Assembly: GCF_009914755.1 (NCBI RefSeq)
Contig: NC_060933.1
Length of the DNA stretch: 64,000 nucleotides
Strand: one strand, 5' to 3'
Source of the DNA: the human T2T-CHM13v2.0 reference genome, Homo sapiens
In this document: positions 58,870 through 64,000 of the stretch, piece after piece
How positions within the stretch are numbered: position 1 is the stretch's first letter
How the letters are laid out: each line of letters begins with the position of its first letter
Position numbers and translations under genes: made by a program
The notes under the pieces: generated by a model
Databases searched by the model: none
Told to the model about the DNA's origin: nothing
What the model saw: the letters and a program-made list of their open reading frames with translations, nothing else

Positions 58870-59620
58870 CTTCTTTCCTTCAGTCTTGCTCCTTCCAAAA
58901 CATCCTTTATAGTGCTATGTGAATTACTTTTTAAAAACACCATTATAATCATGTAACTTCTCCGCTAAAATTATTTCAGTGGCTTCCTACTGCTTCCAGA
59001 ATAAAATCCCAACAGGTTTTTCAGTACACACAACCTCAGGTACTCTGAGACCGAGTCCTGGATCACTTCTTTGGCTTCATCTCTGGCCAGACGAAGATAT
59101 TTGTGGATCCTTGGCTATATGGCAGTTGCCTGCTGCAATGGCCTCTAATGCACTGATACATGCTGTTGCCTCTGCCTCCTTTGCCTGCCAGTTTGCCCCT
59201 TTTCTTCCTAGTTTGCCTCTCTGCCTCCCAGTTTGCCCCTCTTCCTCTTAGTTTGCCCCTCTGCCTCCCAGTTTGCCCCTCTGCCTTCCATGTTGCCCCT
59301 CTTCCTCCTAGTTTGCCCCTCTGCCTCCCACATTGCCCCTCTTCCTCCTAGTATGTCCCTCTGCCTCCCAGGTTGCCCCTCTTCTTCCTAGTTTGTTGTT
59401 CCTTCTTGTGGTGAACTTTGCCATCACACTTTAGCTCAGAACACATATCTTCCAGGTATCTAAACCTTCTTCAGGTTATCTAGTCATGTTCAGATTAGAT
59501 GCCCAGCCAATGACGTGGCCCCACTCTCTCCCCACTATATCCTGAACTCTTTAAGGACAGAAACGATCTTTCTGAACAAGATGCCTAACACAGACCCTAA
59601 TATACAGATACAGAACAAAT
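58870..59620 (+). mobile_element. L2 fragment containing a minisatellite
   Basis: atcatgtaacttctccgctaaaa...cagtggcttcctactgc..cagaataaaatcc; catgctgttgcctctgcct; tgaactctttaaggacaga...tgcctaacacag. Confidence 0.6.
59181..59395. repeat. Minisatellite, 20-bp unit with 40-bp alternation (ctgcctcccagtttgcccct / cttcctcctagtttgcccct), about 10-11 units
   Basis: Directly visible tandem array. Confidence 0.92.
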
Positions 59621-60590
59621 ATCGGGTGAAGGACCAAGGTGGAGGGCTCATCTAGGTCTCTCCTGTTTCGTTATATAAAAATATACTGTCTACTTTTTTT
59701 CACGTTAGAAATAAGAATATTTTCATCAGGTGTCGTAACAAATGGGTGATTTGACTTCTCAGTTAATTCTGTCCAAATATTCAACATTACAAACCTATGA
59801 AACAGTTACTGATTTTTTCACCTATCTCAATGGTATAGGTAATAAATGCAAAAGTTCTTATACCACATTTAAGTTGTATAGTCCTCTCTCAATTTCGTAA
59901 TTTTTTAATGATAGCAATAAAGGCCATGCATTTTTTTAAGTATAGCACCAACAAATATCAACATATACTTACAAACCAAAGCTAATAAGGACTTTATTTT
60001 AAAAGATGTTACATTGTTTGCATAAAGATTTAAAAACCAGATTCGATTAGTCAGAAGGATGAGGAAGTGCCTAACTATAAATTTAAACCAATAACAGTTT
60101 CACTATTAACATATTTATATATAAAACTTTTTCCACCTAAAATGCAGTCTACTCCTCTCTAGGTAAAAAGTACACAGTGTTAATTATTAGCTGTATCTCA
60201 TTTTTAATTTTTGAAAGATTTGGTATTAGCTGTTGGTTAAAGTACAAATGTCAAATATTGGATTCATTTTCCTACTTAAATTAAGACATCAGACACAATA
60301 TCAAGTGTACTAGCCCAAAGGATTTGGGCATATAAAACAAGTGTCAAAAAAAGTACCTTTTATTCTCTGATTACTCTCATATAGATAAATATTGATTTAT
60401 ATGTAGAAAATAACATCTACAGAAATAGTGCCTTACGTCTTAATGCCTTTAGAAACACTCTAAACTCAGCAACATAACTGAAATTCCATCTTTCCCTTAG
60501 TAAAATATCAGGACCAATCCTGAAGCTATAATGAAGATAGCTATGTACCCATATTTTCCACATTCTTCTGATAACAATCTTTTTGATTAA

Positions 60591-60939
<349 letters not shown>

Positions 60940-61100
60940 AGAAATCTTTTCTCATAAATTGAGAAGAAAAAATACTTGATCGGATTGTGCCCCTCACCAT
61001 ATGGGTTGAGAAAATATGGTTGCCATAGCTCTATTTATAAACTTTTGCTCCGTCCCTAAGGGGGTTAGGCCCTACAGACAAGAAGGAGGCTTCTCCTCTA

Positions 61101-61292
<192 letters not shown>

Positions 61293-62319
61293 TTAAGCTC
61301 TAAGGTTCATGTCAACAAATGACAGATCTCATCTTGCAACATTTTAGTATTCTTATACTTTGGCTCTTTTACAAAATATATTCTGAGTGTCAACGATCCA
61401 GCTGTCTTGGAGCTCTGAAATATTTGTTCAATCTCCATGGAAGCTAGCAGAAGCCTTCATTAAAATTATCATCAGAATTATTCCCATTACTAAATAAATC
61501 TTAAACTTCTAAAAACCCAAAGTCTTGTTTCCTTTAGCCCCTTGGTTCACACAAAGGCCTTCTTTACCTCAGTATTTCATTCTGAGATTTATATGATTCA
61601 GAAGATTGTCTTTCGACAGAGGATAACTGCTGCAAATGGGAAAAACAACCTTCAGGTATGTTGGTCACGATATCACTGATTTCACAGCTTTTATGGAAAA
61701 CTCATTCACTTGATTAGCAAAAAGTACATTCCTTAATTTACTCCTTCTGCAAACGTTTACTGGGTTTCTGTACTGGCCAGGTAAAATGAAGATGTCAAAG
61801 AAATTAAAAGTAATTCCTGCTCTAGGGATGCTCACTGTTGGTGAGGAGGAAAATGATTAGAAGAAAATGGTTGTGAATGGTTGAGAGGTACAATGTGTGT
61901 TGAGAGCAGGGAAGTTTTGGCATTTGCTGCTACATCGCCAGCTGCGATGTACAGGACAGATATCGTCTCAGTCTCCCCAGGATGAGGAAGGCATTTCTCA
62001 TTGGTGCCATTTTCAAAATGTGAATGAGGATGACATTCTCAGAGAGGAAATACTCAGAAAAAAAGATGGCACAGAATACACAAGTAAACAGTGTGTGGAG
62101 TGGTGAAAGATGAAGAAGAGGAGCAAGCCTCTTGCAGGTCCCACAGGATGACGGGTCTCCAGCTTCCTGTACAAACGTCTGAATGCTTACCCTCATAGGA
62201 GAAACGCCATAGATGGGCAAAACATGATCACAATGACAGTTTAAAACAATTCCCCCAGAAACTAAATGGAGGGCGGACTGGCCAAAACAGAGACAGAAAT
62301 CATGAAGACCACTTCAGAA

Positions 62320-62500
62320 GACAGATTCATCAATACATTCATTCCATAAATACTTGTTCAAGACCGAATGTATGCCACATGCTGCACTAGCCTGGGACAC
62401 ACTGGTGAACTGGACTCACTTTCGGCTCCTTTAAAGCTTAAAATCTAGTGAGGCGATGTGGACAAGTAAGAAGGAATTGCAAAGGTGCTGTGATAGGAAA
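62320..62500 (-). mobile_element. L2 3'-end fragment
   Basis: cattcattccataaatacttgtt...tatgcca...gctgcactag...tggtgaac...aagctta.aatctagt. Confidence 0.55.
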
Positions 62501-62819
62501 AGAATTCAGAGATTTCGGGCTTCATTCACTCATTCATTTCATAAATATTTAATACTGCCAAAAGATAGATCATGAGAGCTTGAAATAAGAATCATGATAG
62601 AACTAATGCAATAAATATTTTAACAGGGTTCACCCAATTAAATTATTAAGCAATGTAGACTGTCATCATCTTAGTTGACTAAGAGACTATACCATGCAGT
62701 TTGTTGGAATAAGCAGGGAGTTGAGAGATATGCCTTGGTTTTAACATCTTGAGTGCTGTTGACTTTAATGGAAGTTTATCAACTCATAGTAAAATGTTAT
62801 AAAAATGATGAGCTATAAA

Positions 62820-63110
62820 ATTTGTATTTTATTATGAAAAATGTTAACTGTATTCACAAGTAGACAGAATTGTAATGAATCCTCACGTACCGATAACCCA
62901 ACTTCGGCAATGATCAACTCATAACAAATCTTATTTCATCTTTATCCCCATCTACACTTTCTCTCCCTGTGGTACTTTGAAGCAAATCCCAGATATCATA
63001 TAACTTTGCTTCTAAGTAGTTCAGCATGTATCTCTAAAAGAAAATAAATCTTTATTAAAAGAAAAAAACACCAAAACTTTATCACACATACAAAATGTAC
63101 ACAATTTGCA
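62820..63110 (-). mobile_element. Old L1M 3'-end fragment
   Basis: atcttatttcatct...tttgaagcaaatcccagatatcat...ttcagcatgtatctctaaaa. Confidence 0.6.
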
Positions 63111-63891
63111 TTTTTGAGTTTTCTTGAAATTAGAAAAAGACCTTATGGTGCTATTAATATGAGAAACTAATTATCATTACATTTTACCATTTGAAAAATT
63201 ACCTAAGCTCTGGTAAAGGCATTCATAAAATTAAATATGCATTTTCAGCATGGTGGCATTTAAAGGATGAATATGCTACTGTAAAGGCAGTAGACATCAC
63301 AGTCTACAAAAAATGCCAGGCGGATTTGTAGCTGTAAGCTACAATTTGTGACTAACTGGCTGTTGTGAATCTATCAGAACTTTGATGAGTCAGAGAACCA
63401 TTTCTGTATATCTTTTTCAAAAAAAAAAAAAAAAACCAGAAATAAATTGTTCATAAAACCACAGCAATTAATGCCACTATAAAAAAAGAAAAAAAATTTA
63501 AACCATGGTTTAAAAAATAGACAAAGCTCATTTTGCTATCTTCAAGATGCCAAAAATAATACTTAATGTCGCATAAGAGCTATGTGATTTCAAAAGGTAA
63601 TACTACAAATATAGGCCTCTAACTAATGGATGTAAAATCATAGACATACAGATTATTAAGAGGTGGAAAGAACCTCTATTCTGTCTTTCTTGTTATAGAT
63701 GATGCAATCACTTGCCATTCCAAATTTTTAATTTAAAATTAACTGTTTGAAAAAGAAACTGGGAACTTTTTATTGATACTCTTCTGCTTTACCTATGTTT
63801 AAATATAAATTTCAAGTAAAATGTAACTGGGTAAATCAGTTTCTAAAAATTCCATAGAATAAATAATAAAGCATAATTATACCTCATTTTA

Positions 63892-64000
<109 letters not shown>

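Noticed and set aside
59181-59395. Regular repeats superficially like a CRISPR array
   Set aside because: No unique spacers, eukaryotic context, no cas genes; it is a minisatellite.

Overview
Primate (very likely human) genomic DNA, AT-rich and carrying many Alus. The window holds the 3' part of the transcription-factor gene NFIB (nuclear factor I B) on the minus strand. Five canonical coding exons lie at 61118-61252, 55926-56110, 51694-51832, 48485-48567 and 23795-23812. There is also an 89-nt frame-switching cassette exon (37908-37996) and a ~6.5-kb 3'UTR ending near 17330. Downstream of the gene (1-17.3 kb) is intergenic sequence with a full-length processed pseudogene of ATP synthase subunit d (ATP5PD/ATP5H, 4386-4999). 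It inserted, with a 16-bp target-site duplication, into one arm of an older ~200-bp inverted repeat. The rest is Alu, MIR, L2, L1, MER and MaLR repeats plus small tandem duplications. I see no support for a wholly new gene system. The most interesting signals are (i) splice-site combinatorics that open all three reading frames of the NFIB last exon, including a candidate 29-nt microexon, (ii) the inverted repeat split by the retrocopy, and (iii) inverted Alus bracketing the cassette exon. Almost all other ORFs in the track are chance or Alu-derived. Exon numbers follow my recollection of the 11-exon NFIB model; coordinates of old repeats are approximate.
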